Shown: positions 44,780 to 57,936 of the stretch, piece after piece
Layout of the letters: each line of letters begins with the position of its first letter
Position numbering within the stretch: position 1 is the first letter of the stretch
Assembly (NCBI RefSeq): GCF_009914755.1
Contig: NC_060930.1
Source of the DNA: the human T2T-CHM13v2.0 reference genome, Homo sapiens
Strand: one strand, 5' to 3'
DNA: 64,000 nt
Notes under the pieces: model-generated
What the model was told of the DNA's origin: nothing
The model's input: the letters and a program-made list of their open reading frames with translations, nothing else
The model's database searches: none
Program-made: the position numbers and the translations under genes

Positions 44780-46290
44780 AAATCAACCTCATCTTTTAGA
44801 ACACTATTTGATTTACAGAAACATCGAGAAGATAGTAAAGAGAGTTTTCATATATCCAAATTTAGTTTCCCTTATTACTAACATCTTACATTTGTCACAA
44901 TTAATAAACCAGTGTTGATACATTATCATTAACTAAAATTCATCTTTTGCTTCAAATTTGAAATAATGTGATAAAAATGGAACTTTATATCTGTTGTCTT
45001 CATCCCAAAATTATGTAACCCCAGTCTAATCATGAGAAAAACTTGAGAAAAATTCCAGTTGATAGGATCTTACAAAATACATCACTAGTATTCCTCATAA
45101 TAGTCATAGTCATAAAAAAACAGAAATGTCTAAGAAAATGTCAATATTTGTTAGTTTTTTAAAATCTTTTTTTCTATTCCAGGATTCCATCCACAATGCC
45201 ACATTACATAGAGTACCATGTCTCCTTAAGCTTCTCTTGGCTATGACATTTTCTTAGACTTTTCTGTTTTTTATGACCATGACTATTTTGAGGAATACTT
45301 AGTGATGTATTTTGTAGGATCCTACTATCAATATGATTAATATGATTTATCACCTTTGATGTTGACTTTCATCACGTGGCTATGGTGGTATTTGCCAGAT
45401 TTCTATAATGTAAGGTTACTGTCCCCACACCCTTTTTTTTTAATGGTACTGTATGGAAAAAACTCATTATAAGAGTTCTCCCTCCCTTCACCTCCTTGAA
45501 GGTGAAGTGTCCATATAAATTGTTAGGAATTTTTATTTATGCACAGCAGATTTGTCCTTTTGCCTCTGTGTATTGATTTAATCAATTATTTATTCATATG
45601 ACTCATTGCTGTGGTTTGAACGTGTCCCCAAAATTTCATGTGTTGGAAACTTAAGATCTAAATTCATATGCTGTTTGAGGATGGGGGCTTTGGGAGGTAA
45701 TTAGGATTCAATAAAGTTTTCAGAGTGGGACACCCCACCCCCCGTGATGGCACCGGTAGCTTTACAAGAAGGGGAAAAGAGAAATGACATGCACGTTCTT
45801 GCTTTCTGGCCATTTGATGCCCTCCGTCATGTGATGATGCTGCAAGTAGGGTCTTACCCAATGCTGTCACCTTGATATTAAACTTCCCAGACTCCAGTAC
45901 TGTTAGAAATAAAGATACGTTTATTATAAATTACCCAGTCTCAGGGATTCCGTTTTACTAACAGAAAATGGACTAAGACTTATGGATATTTATTTTATAT
46001 GATGTGTTACAAATTTTTACTACTTTGCTTATCTTGTTGCTCTAATTATTCCAAAACTTGGCCATTGTGTGTTATTTATTTGGTTTCTATGTGCCTTTAA
46101 CATACTTCTATCAATGTGTAGTGGGGTGCTTTATTGGCGTGAGGGTGGAGAAGTACTTTCTCACTTTCTGGCACTTATGTGAGATGCTACATCATCTCGT
46201 TTTGCCCCAGTCCTAGAACTGGCCATTTATTCAAGGAGCTTCCTTTTACTGGAAATAGTATTAGAAACCCAGACCTGGCTTGTTGAGTTC
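44780..46290 (-). mobile_element. L1MC-type 3' end, internally rearranged and interrupted by an MST LTR
   Basis: TACATTTGTCACAATTAATAAACCAGTGTTGATACATTATCATTAACTAAA; TTCCAGGATTCCATCCA; CCCCAGTCCTAGAACTGGCCATTT. Confidence 0.75.
45607..45978 (+). mobile_element. MST-family MaLR solo LTR
   Basis: TGCTGTGGTTTGAACGTGTCCCCAAAA ... ATAAATTACCCAGTCTCAGG ... AAAATGGACTAAGA. Confidence 0.85.
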
Positions 46291-47089
46291 CAATAATTTT
46301 TAAGGGTTTGTATTAACTGGTGCAAAATTCATTTAAATATTGTGTATAATTATCCCTACAGATGTTTGGAAGAAAGCAGTGTATTGAAAAGAGCACAGGC
46401 AGACTTTGTTTTGAGTCAAAGCTCTTTATTTTAGGGGCAGTATGACCTTGAAATACTTAGCTACTCTTCTGATTACTTCTTCCAGCTTACTCAAGCCAGA
46501 CAAACAAACTTGTGTTTCTTTGTAACTTTCCCAAAGCAAAAGAAAATCTTGTGACAAATACCATGCAGAAAAAAATATATATGTGTGTGTATATATATGT
46601 TTAAAATAAAATACTATACCTTAATGGTATCTCATAATCTACTGTAATTATTTACTCAGACACTGTAATATTACATACATTTTATCCTTTAATTCTTACA
46701 AAAACACTATTTGTATTATCTGTATTATTCTTTCCTTCATTTTAGACATAAGGAAACTGAAACCCAGGTTAATTTAACAAGTGTAAAGTTTCTAACATCG
46801 TGGCAGTTACATATTCAGTTCTAATTAATGTTATTCCTCTTGTCCTTTACTAATGTGAACAAACAATGATTAAAGAGTAAACGTTTGGCCTCTCTCATGG
46901 GCCAGGGAGTTGCTTGCTAGATCTTACTTGTTTGCCAGAGTGTCTCACAGAGTCAAGCATGCTGTGGGGGTTAGTGAGTCCGCTGGCTGGAAGCCATCCC
47001 CTTCTTGCCAAAGTTAAATGGCCTATATAAACTTTTTTCTAGAGCTGGTACACCAAAGGCATAAGTAACAACAGCAGTCATCAAAGTAA

Positions 47090-47340
47090 CAATAATATTT
47101 GACAGTACTTGAGATTTTACTTTATACCAAGCACTATGTTAAGTTAATATTAATATTCATCATCTTATTTCATTGTCACAACAAATTTGCAAGGTCTTAC
47201 TAGCCCATTTTTTTTTTAGATGAGAAAACTGAAGCTCGGAGTGATTAATTTTATTTCCCTAAGTAATGCAAATTGTAAGTTGCAGAGTCAGTGTTTGCAG
47301 CCAAGATTGTGTGATTCCAAACCTGTTTTCTTAGCTATTA
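47090..47340 (-). mobile_element. MIR SINE
   Basis: CCCATTTT...AGATGAGAAAACTGAAGCTC core. Confidence 0.75.
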
Positions 47341-47824
47341 CACATGGGAGAACAGCACTTGTTGGCAAGTGAAGGATGCTATGGGCATTTTTTAGAACTT
47401 AGTAACAGCAACAAGCTTCCCTTAAGTTCTAGGGTTGCAAATATTTGTGCAATGCAAATGAAGAGCAGGGCTTGTGAGGATTGTAGAAAGGTAATTGATG
47501 AAGGCTTTACGCTTAAAGTCTGAACACTGAACAACTGTAGAAATACCTGATAAGAACTTTCAGCAGTAGGCACAGAAGTTCTGATACATGGAAGCAGAGA
47601 TCACCTGGCATAAGAAAGGAAACCAATGTACAACACAGAATTAGAGTAAAATATGGGAATTTAGGTAGGACTAGGACAAAGATGTATCCCTCAACCATTC
47701 CCAGCAAAGTACATCATCATTTTTATTCTGAAAACAGTAGATATTAACATTTGACCTATTTGTAGTCTTTTATTTGTAGTTTTGGTATATGCCTTGTAGT
47801 GGATTATATGTTTTAAAAAGACTT

Positions 47825-48861
47825 TGTGATGGTTAATTTCATGTGCTAACTTGACTGGGCCATGGGATGCCCAGACATTTGGTCAAATATCTGTCTGGGT
47901 ACATCTGTGAGGGTGTCTCTGGATTTGAATTCGTAGGCTGAGTAAAGCAGATTGCCCTTCCTAATGTGAGTGGGCCCCACCCTGGTACCCACCCAATCAA
48001 TTCAAGATATGAATAAAATAAAATAAGCTGAGCAAGATGGAGCTCCTGTGACCTGACTGCTTTGAGCCAGGACATCAGTCTTTTCCTGCCTTTGGAATCG
48101 AACTGAAATATTGGCTCTTCTTGGGTCTTGAGATTGCTAGCATTCAGACTGGATCGACACCATCAGCTTTTCTGGTTCTCTGGCTTTCAAACTCAGATTT
48201 GTACTTATACCATCAGCTCTCTTGCATCTCCAGTGTGGGACTCGTCAGCTTCCATTATAGTAAATCTTTGTAATTTTTATAAGGATTAAAGATTGTCATA
48301 TTAAGGATTATTATTATTCAAGGATTGAATACCACTACTAATAATATATTATATTATTAATTAACATGTCATTATTAATTAATATGTTATATTATTAATA
48401 ATATGTTATATTATTAATAATATGTTATATCATTAATATGTTATATTATTAATATGTTATATCATTAATATGTTATATTATTAATAATATGTTATATTAA
48501 TAATATGTTATATTATTAATGTTATATTATTAATATGTTATATTATTAATAATATGTTATATTATTAATGTTATATTATTAATAATATGTTATATTATTA
48601 ATTATTATGTTATTAATAATAATTATATAATATATTATCATATAAGTATTATTATTGTATTAAGCCAATTACTTATAATAAATATCTCTTGATATATGAT
48701 ATATAATATATAGTATATATTAACTGTATATTTGATACATAAAATATGTAAAATATATATTATATATTTGATATGTATTTTATATATATAATATATATGC
48801 ACACACATACATCATACACATATATTCTATTCTGTTTTTCTGGAGAATCCTGACTAATGCA
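47825..48861 (+). mobile_element. MLT2B-like solo LTR with internal AT-rich expansion
   Basis: TGTGATGGTTAATTTCATGTG...GAGAATCCTGACTAATGCA; 5-bp TSD GACTT/GACTC. Confidence 0.88.
48365..48620. repeat. AT-rich minisatellite, ~14 units of 14-19 bp [ATTATTAAT(AAT)(AT)GTTAT]
   Basis: Read directly; flanked by further AT low-complexity sequence to ~48800. Confidence 0.9.
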
Positions 48862-48879
48862 GACTCCAACAATATTTCT

Positions 48880-49283
48880 ATTTTCATACACTCTTACAGA
48901 ACCTTACCATTCCTCTATTAAGAGTGTGTTCCCTCCTCTTGAACCTGTCTGGGTTTAGGACTAATAGAATACAGCAGAAATAACACTGTTTGAGTTTCGA
49001 GGCGAGGTCATAAAAGGTGACACAAATTCCAACTGCCACTCTCCCTTGAGACACATGCCTTGGGAGTGTTGAGCTTCCATGGAAGAAGTGCTTGACCAGA
49101 TATGTGAGTGAGGAAGACTTCCAATGATTTCAGCTCCAGCCACTGCACAAAACAGCCTGAGAAAAAACTGCCCACCTGAGGTCAGTCAACACCCAGTACC
49201 TTGTGAGAAAGGTAATAATAATAATTCATTATTGTTTTATGAGACTAGCATGCAGTTTGTTATACAGCAAGAGATAACCAAAA
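48880..49283 (+). mobile_element. MLT1 (F/G/H-like) LTR relic
   Basis: TTCCCTCCTCTTGAACCTG...AATAGAATACAGCAGAA...GTTTGTTATACAGCAAGAGATAACC. Confidence 0.6.
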
Positions 49284-50389
49284 TATGTGCACGGAAATAA
49301 AAATACATAGAAAGCTATAAACCTAAGTATATGAATGCATAAGGATGTAAATTGGAAGTTATAATTGAGTGATTAAGATATAATAACTATCAGATACAAA
49401 AGTGTGTTGTGAGATAGGTGTTTCTATAAACATTTTAGAAACATATAACCAAAAACTGGGTTACACAACTTATAGGTTACTCTCTCATATCAAAAGTTTA
49501 AAGAAATTTAATTGCTGACATTTTTAGGTAGAAGTGTGAAGAGAATTTCTTTGGACAAAGCTGCCCAGTGATGGCAACCCTCCCTGTCCTCCCATCATCA
49601 AGCAGGAGGGAAAAGGTGCTTCCACAATCTTAAGTCAGTTAGACAGCCCCCAGCGGAGCCACTCAGAGGACTTAGTATCTTACTGCAGCCTGGGAAAGCT
49701 AGAGGATGAGAGATGGGCTGGTTAGCTGCTTTAGTGGTTGAGTGAGAAAAGCCTGACGCTAGAATAAGATCAGATAACACTCCTACCCTTTGTTGGGACA
49801 AATAACGCTTATTTCCAGTGGACTAGAGGTAGGCTAAGTGGAGACAGACAGTGCTATCCTGTAGATATTTTTAATTCTTTCTAAGAGAGTTACCTGAAAG
49901 AATGATAGAGAGTCTGTTTAGAATAAGCCTTCAATGCAAAAAGTGATGAGGGATGAACATGTACCCAGAGGAAAATGCATCACCTATACCATAGGAAATA
50001 CATTAAATGCTCCTGGGAATTTCTAAAGAATCCACAAAACATACACATAGTCGGCTTCACACATCTTCTTGGCTCAGGGTGCTTGAAGCCATCTTAATAT
50101 AAGAATAGTCAACTAAGTGATGGCCTGCTCCTCTCTCCACACAGGCCCAGACTCTTTTCTAAACTTTGCTCCAACCCAAAAGGGGTGAGGAAACTTGGTG
50201 AGCTAAATGTGGTAGAAGTGGGGAAGATAGGGGAAGAGAGAAGGACTCCCTCACTCCCTGATCTTCTACCTACAGAAGACACTAGCTAAGGGAGAGAAAA
50301 CAATTTAAATAATTTTAAATTCTGATTATTAAATGAGAGTAGACATTTTACAATTTCTGAATTGAAATTGTATTTCAATAGATAGTTAA

Positions 50390-50660
50390 CCAATAATTAT
50401 TAAGCAACTATTATGTGGCAGTCACTGTCAGAGGTTTTGAGGATGAAGCTGTGAACAGAACAAAGAAAATCCCCTGCCCTCATGGAACTTACATACTAAT
50501 GGAGAGATGCAGACAATAAATAAATGAATAGGTTCCATTTATGGTATATTGGATGGTGATATGTGCTGTGGAGAAAATATAACCTGGAAGGGTGGAGGGA
50601 GTGCCAGGTGTAGGGTGAGTAGATGATCATAGAAGGCATCCCTGAGGAGATAACACTTTC
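50390..50660 (-). mobile_element. L2a 3' fragment
   Basis: CCCTGCCCTCATGGAACTTACATACTAATGG...AGACAATAAA. Confidence 0.7.
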
Positions 50661-51736
50661 CATTAATGCTTTATGTTGAAACTATTTTAAAAAATTGAAA
50701 GCGCTTCTTCTGTTATTTTAAAAAATTGTATTAGGGGAAATATTGCTAGCAGTTATTCAGGTGAATTGTGCAATCTCATTCTCTTGACACAATACAGATT
50801 TATTTTTGGCTCATGTTATAGGCCGACATGGCTCATAGACTTTCAGTTACACAGGCTGTTTGCCTTGAGTGGCTGCTACAGCCCCAACCCCCAAGCCCTT
50901 AGAGCCCTGCACTGAATTCGCCTCCCTGGGTCCACAGGTGAGGTGAAGGAGTACATTTGGAGAAAGCACAGCTGTGTTTTATTACTTTAGCCCAGAGGAG
51001 ACACACATAACTCTCACCCACATCCACTGTCAAGGAGGCACTTGGCCATGCCTAGATGCAAGAGAGTCTAGTAATGAGTCCACAAAGGAGTAGTAAAAAT
51101 AGATTTTGGTGAATACTATGAGTCTTGGGCCCATATAGCTTCTTGGATTGAGTGGAAGCAAACAGACAAAGAGAAATATTGGGACGCTGGTTGGGCTGGC
51201 TAGGCAGGGAAATTGCGCTAACCAATAGTGCCTGATAGAACAGTTTTGGATTATGTTTAATAAATGCTATATGTAATATATAGCATGTAATGTTCAGTAC
51301 TATAATGGATTTGTTAGGGTAGAATAATTATGAATGACTTTTATCTTGTATTTAATTTTAAATTAATTCTATTTACTAAATAAAAAGGGGGAAACGCAGT
51401 TCAAAACAAAGTACAAGATTTGCTTGAGTAAATGTTTGCTATGGTTTTATGGAATGTCATCAAAGTGGCAGAAATGTTTCATTTTAAACCCAAAATATAA
51501 TTTTCATCTAAGAATGTGCCTTAGGGATTCTTATTCATTGGACAATTTATCAAGAAGTAAAAGGGTATATTTGCAATATGAAGTGTGCTTAAGGCATTAA
51601 CTAGAGAATTATTAACATACCCAACATGTCTTGTTCTGTTTTAATATCAGATTATTTGTAGACATCATTTATTTAAAAAATAACAAAAGTGTTAGGAATT
51701 GAAATAAAGACTGAAACTACATAGATGAGATATAAA

Positions 51737-53300
51737 GGGATGTATCATATGGTAGTTCTATTTTTAGTTTTCTGAGGCCCCTCCAAACTGTTCTCCATAG
51801 TGGCTGTACTAATTTACATTCCCACCAACAGTGTATGAGGGTTCCTCTTCTCCACATCCTCCCCAGCATTCATTGTTTCCTGTATTTTGGATAAAAGCCA
51901 TGTTAACTGGGGTGAGATGATATCTCATTGAGGTTTTCATTTGCATTTCCCTGATGACTAGTGATACAGAACATTTTTATATAGCTGTTTCCATTTGTAT
52001 GACTTCTTTTGAGAAATGTCTATTCAGACCTCTTGTCTGTTTCTAAATTGAATTATTATTTTTCCCTATTGAGTTGTTTGAGCTCTTTATATATTAATTC
52101 CTTATCACATGGATGGTCTGCAATTTTTTTTTTCCTGTTTAGTGGATTGTCTTTTCATTTTGTTGATTGTTTTTTCATTTTATTTTGTTTTGGTTTGGTT
52201 TTTGCCAAACCAGGACAAAAACCCTGGTTTGACAAAGCCCAGGGTTGGGGCTGGAGCGGCCACTCAAGGCAAAGAGCCTGTGTATCTGAAAGTCTATGAG
52301 CCATATTGGCCTATAACATGAGCCAAAAATAAACATGTATTGTGTCAAGAGAGTAAGATTGCACGATTTGCCTGAATAACTGCTAGCATTATTTGCCCTA
52401 ATACAATTTTTTAAAATAACAGAAGTTCTTTCATTTTTTTCTTTCTTTTTTTTTTTTTTTTTTGGTTTTTGCTGTGCAGAAGCTTTTTAGCTTCATGTGA
52501 TCCATTATCCATTTTTCTGTCTGTGCTTTTCAGGTCTTACTCAATAAATCTTTGCCCAGACCAAGGACCTAGAGTATTTCCCAAGTGTTTTCTCCAAGTA
52601 GTTTCATAGTTTCAGATCTTGAATTTTAGTTTTTCTTCTGCATATGGTTATCCAGTTTTCCCAGCAACAAATTTTGAAAAGACTCCTTTTCCCATTGTAT
52701 GTTCTTGGTACCTCTGTGAAAAATGAGTTGACTGTAAATGCATGAATTTGCTTGATATATATTCAATAGAAAAGAAATCAGTGTATCAAAGAAATCTGTG
52801 CACTCCCATGTTTATTGCAGCACTATTCACAATAGCCAAGATAGAGAATCAACCTAAGTATCCATAATAGATGAATGGATAAAGAAAATGTGGTACATGT
52901 ATACAATACAGTATTATTCAGGCATGAAAAGGAAGAAATTCTGTCATTTTCAGCAACATGGATGGAAATGGAGGACATTATAATAAATGAAATAACCTAG
53001 GCCTAGAAAGACAAGACAAATATTGCAGTTTTCACTCATATGGGAAAGCTAAACAAAATTAATTCATGGATATAGAGAGTAGATTGATGGTTACCAGAGG
53101 CTAGGAAGGATGGTGGGGAGAGGGGAGAGAGAGGAGAAGGTTAATTGGAACAAAAATACAGTTAAGCAGAAGGAATAAGATCTAATGTTTTGTAGTAAAA
53201 TAGGGTGAATACAGTTAATATTAATCCATTGTATATTTTACAATAACTAAAAGAGTAGAATTGGAATGTTTCCAACACAATATGTACCCACTGTAAGATA
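51737..53300 (+). mobile_element. L1MA-type element with 5' inversion (minus 51737-~52750, plus ~52751-53300)
   Basis: Antisense ORF2 C-terminal region abuts the sense 3' end; the two pieces are contiguous in L1 coordinates. Confidence 0.75.
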
Positions 53301-53444
53301 TAATTGTTGTATTCCATGTAATAACTGTCCCAGCACTAGTACTGAAAATGTTATTTCTCCATTGATTTGCAGTGAAAGCCCTCTCATTCATCCTTTATCA
53401 GGATTCTTTATGTGTGTGGATTGTTTCTGGCTCTTTGTGAAAAA

Positions 53445-53848
53445 GTTTTGGAGTCCAGATGCAGCGCTGAGATGTTTGATATGCAGGGTATTTATTAGGG
53501 ATCAGCACTTGCGGAAGGGAGGAAAAGGAAGCAGGATTGGGCAGATAAGAAGTCAACCTGTGGTACAGGGCTAAAAAGAAGACTCAGCCAACCTTGCAGA
53601 GAACGTGGGATAGGAATATAACAAGCCTTGAGAATTGTCCCATGGGTAGCTGAAAATCCCTGGCCCTTTTACTTCCTCAATCAGTCCTGGGATGTGGACC
53701 ACTCTGGGAGGGATGTGCTGTGGAAAGGCAGGCCTCTGCCCAAGGCAAACCCTGAAGAAACTGAGCTGAAGCTATAAGCACACAGCATCAGCAGCAAGTC
53801 CTTTCTTGAAGATGGAGGGTCTCTTTGGCCCGTCTCCCAGTCCACTAC
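53445..53848 (-). mobile_element. LTR16C-like ERVL LTR
   Basis: TTTATTAGGGATCAGCACTTG...GGAAGCAGGATTGGGCAGA. Confidence 0.65.
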
Positions 53849-53898
53849 CTTATTCTCTTCCATTTGTATATTATCATATCCTTAAATCAATAATTAAT

Positions 53899-54200
53899 AC
53901 CCGGGCGCGGTGGCTCACGTCTGTAATCCCAGCACTTTGGGAGGCGGAGGCAGGCAGATAACCTGAGGTATGGAGTTCAAGACCAGCCTGGCCAACAAAG
54001 GGAAACCCCGTCTCCACCAAAAATACAAAAATTAGCCGGGCGCAGTGGCGCGCGCCTGTAATCCCAGCTACTCGGGAGACTGAGACAGGAGAATCGCTTG
54101 AACCGAGAGGTGGAGGTTGCGGTGATCTGAGATCGCACCACTGCACTCCAGGCTGGGTGACAGAGCAAGACTCTGTTTCAAGCAAACAAACAAATAAAAA
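53899..54200 (+). mobile_element. AluS-type SINE, CpG-rich
   Basis: Dimeric Alu; flanking AATTAATA direct repeat. Confidence 0.95.
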
Positions 54201-56170
54201 GAATTAATATCTGGGAGGGCGAATCTACCTACCTGACAATTATTCCTCAAAATGGAATGATCTATTATCAGCCTTTTTGTGTCTATTTTAATTTTAGGGT
54301 TTTTATACCCAGTTAGAAAATTGCATGAACTTATAATTCAGGAAGAAATAGTATCTCTGCAATATCACCTTACTGTAAAAATATATAATATGCTTCTATT
54401 AATTTACAGTTTATTTTATGACCTTTATAAGGCTTTACAATTTTCTCCATAGAGAATTATCATCTTTTCTTAAGTCAATTTCTACTTAAAGTTTTTGCAG
54501 ATATTTTAAATGGATATTTTTTCCTTTGACAATTTCCATAGCTTTGTTTCTAATATATAGGAACACTTGATTTTGTTTATTCATTTTACATCTGGAAATT
54601 ATTTTGAACTGTTAGCTGTATTCATTTGTCTATGGATTTTTTTCATAATTTCTGTGTAAACATATCATCTTCAAAATACTCTGTTTTGGCCTAATTTTAT
54701 CTTTTGATTTTGATGCTTTTAATATGTTTTATTAAAAGAAATTATTATGTAAAAATTATTTTATTTCAAGACCTAAAATTTTCAGTACAATGTTGAATAG
54801 AAGCATTGTTTGGTGTCTCATTTTAAAAGGTATGTATCTAAAATTTTACCATTAACTTTTACTTTAGATTTAGGTTATTCATAGATGATTTTTATCTGCT
54901 CAAAATAGTCAATAATTGCAGTTTGCTTAGGTTTTTTCTTTTTTTCATAGAAGTGTTGAACAGTATTCAATGCTTATCAACATCTAAGATGAACCTTTGG
55001 AGTTTTTCTTTTACCATCTTAATGCTGTATTTTATACTAGATTTTCTGGTGTTGTACTCTCCTTGCATTTCTGGCTTAAAACCAAGTTGCTTATGACTCA
55101 TCTTTCTTTTTATACATTTTATGTTAGAGTTTTATATAGAATATTTGCATCTGTTCAAAAGTGAGATTGATCTCTAAATTTCTTATCTTGTACTATATCT
55201 GTTTGATTTCGGTTTGAAGTTATTCAAGCCTTATAAAATGAGGCATTTCAACTGTTTTTGTTTTCTAAATTGTTTGAAATAATTTTTTAGAATAGAAATT
55301 TTTAAAAATTTGTTCGCTTGGCAAAATAAATCCCATATAGAAATAATAAAAGCCTGGAGATTTTAGGGGAAAGGGAGATTGGGGGTACAATTTTTTATTA
55401 TAAATTCAATTTATTCACTAGCCTTTAGTTTATTCAAGTTTCTAATTTTTCTTGAACAGACTTTATAATTTGTATTTTTTCTAGATAATTATCTTTTTTG
55501 TTTTTATTTTTGAATTTATACACAAAATTATTTCTTTAAAGCTTTTGAAATTAAAAAAATCTTTACTGTAGCTGTCTTTTCATTCATAATGGTTTGTCAT
55601 TTTTAGATAAATATTCATAAATATTTATTTATATTAGTTTAATTTTTTGATATAATATCCACTTCAGTTTATTAAATCAATTGATCAATTGTTATTTTCT
55701 AAATTAGCCTTTTTTTTTTTTTTTGTATTTTTAGTAGAGATAGGTTTTCACCATGCTGGCCAGGCTGGTCTAAAACTCTTGACCTCAGGTGATCCACCTG
55801 TCTCAGCCTCCCAAAGTCCTGGGATTACAGTGGTGAGCCACTGCTCCCCACCAGTTAGTTTTTACGCTTAATTGTCTCCTTTGTTTTGGTCTTTCTATTA
55901 TCTCCATAATTTTTTTGCTAGCTGCTTGACTTAACTGCTGAAACCATTTTTTAAATCTTTCTTGATTTTTTTCATAGCCTGTACTTTAAGCTATATTTGT
56001 TCCATTAAGACAGCTTTAATTAACAGAAATTTATAGCTTCTTTACTAAAATTAACAGGAATTTATAGGTCCTTTTACTTTCAATTTTAAATGCTTTTTCA
56101 TGACTGCTATGATTTGACCTTTATTACATGAGCTATTTAGAATTGGATATGTAAGTTTCCAATTGTGTGC
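54201..56170 (-). mobile_element. Very old L1ME-like fragments
   Basis: TTCAGTACAATGTTGAATAGAAG; CCTTGCATTTCTGG; highly degenerate. Confidence 0.55.
55710..55853 (-). mobile_element. Alu left monomer only
   Basis: PolyT-GTATTTTTAGTAGAGA...GTGAGCCAC; right monomer absent. Confidence 0.88.
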
Positions 56171-56999
56171 GCTTTAAAAAAATTATCATAAATTACTGCT
56201 GTTGTATGCTGAGATGCAATGATTTTTTAGAGGAAATAAATGTCAGAGGAACCATGTGCTTAATGACATGGAATTGTGAATTAGGTAAATGCTACTGTGT
56301 TCATCCAAATTATTCTCTTTATTATTTGATGATACGATAGCTGATCATAAACAACTATTAATGCTTGCTGATAATGACAGTTTTCCAGGGTAAATGTTCT
56401 GGTAGAAGTGTTAGAACCATAGCAGGATCTCCTAGTGCTCCTGAAAGATTAGAAACCTATTCAGTCTCAATTTTTTAAATATGCAAACTGGACAATTTTG
56501 TCCTGCCTAATTGTCTAAGTCAGTATTTTAATGATGTCAATACTCACATGTCAAGGAGGAAACACAAAATATTTTTTAACTACAGATAAGATTAAAGGCA
56601 AAAACAAGTTTCTACTGCTTATGATGGCAAATTTCATGATTTAAAATTATGTATCAATGAAACAAGTTATTGTCTTGCTATTGCACATCTGCAAAAATGT
56701 ATCACCAAACGTCATTGGATTTAACATATACATTTTAGCTTAAATTCCAGGCTTCATTTGGATTTTGCTGGTTTTTTGCCAATGTCCTTTTTCAGTTCCA
56801 GGATTCAACCCAGAATACGGCGTTGTATTTACTTGTCACATATCCTTAGTCTCTTCCAGTTGGGACAGTTTCTCAGTCTTGCCTTTTCCTTTTCTTTTTA
56901 AATATCTTTGATTACTTTGAAGAGTTTTGATTAGAGCAGGTATTTTGTGGCATGTCCTTAAATTTGAGGCCATCTAACATTTACTCATGATTAGACTGA

Positions 57000-57293
<294 letters not shown>

Positions 57294-57299
57294 TAGATC

Positions 57300-57936
57300 T
57301 AGAGTCCATTTCTTTCATTGGAAGGTAATTTAAAGTTAATTATTATAATTTTGCCTTATAAATTGTTGGATCTGGATAGTAATGAAAAATTGACGATGAT
57401 GTTTGACAATAGTGTCATTTGTTTCATTTTGGATGAAAGCTAAAAATGAGTGTCATGAGATCTCTTGTGAATGTGGTTCCTCTATTATAAGTGATATTAA
57501 AACAAAACATAGAAACATTGTAAATGCACATTATGCCCCGTGAGGAGCATTTTTGCTAATATATTCCTAAGTAATTCATAAGCAAGGAGCAAGCACACTT
57601 GTTATATAAAAAACTTCAAATGTTTATTGATATATATTGATGTCATTCAAAGTGTTTAAGAAAAAGCATCACTATTTTACTAATAACTACGGAATGGTTG
57701 TAAATTACTAGTGCAATAATGACTCCATATATTAATTGCTTTCAAAGCAGATGTATAATATTCAAAATTATTTTTTTTTGCTCTTATTTATTAAAATGTA
57801 TTTTATGTCTATTGAATATAAAGATTGTGCTTGCACTTTGCACATTGTTGTAGTTTTTGTAATTTAATTATTTTATTTTATAAAAATATCAAATTGGAAA
57901 AGAATGATTTTTTACCACAAATAGTTTAAAATGCAC
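57300..57936 (+). mobile_element. hAT-Charlie DNA transposon relic
   Basis: 57424-57516 reads SFWMKAKNECHEISCECGSSIISDIKTKHRN (hATC-like FW...CE.GFS...IKTK.RN); TIR-like end AAATAGTTTAAAATGCACT. Confidence 0.7.
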
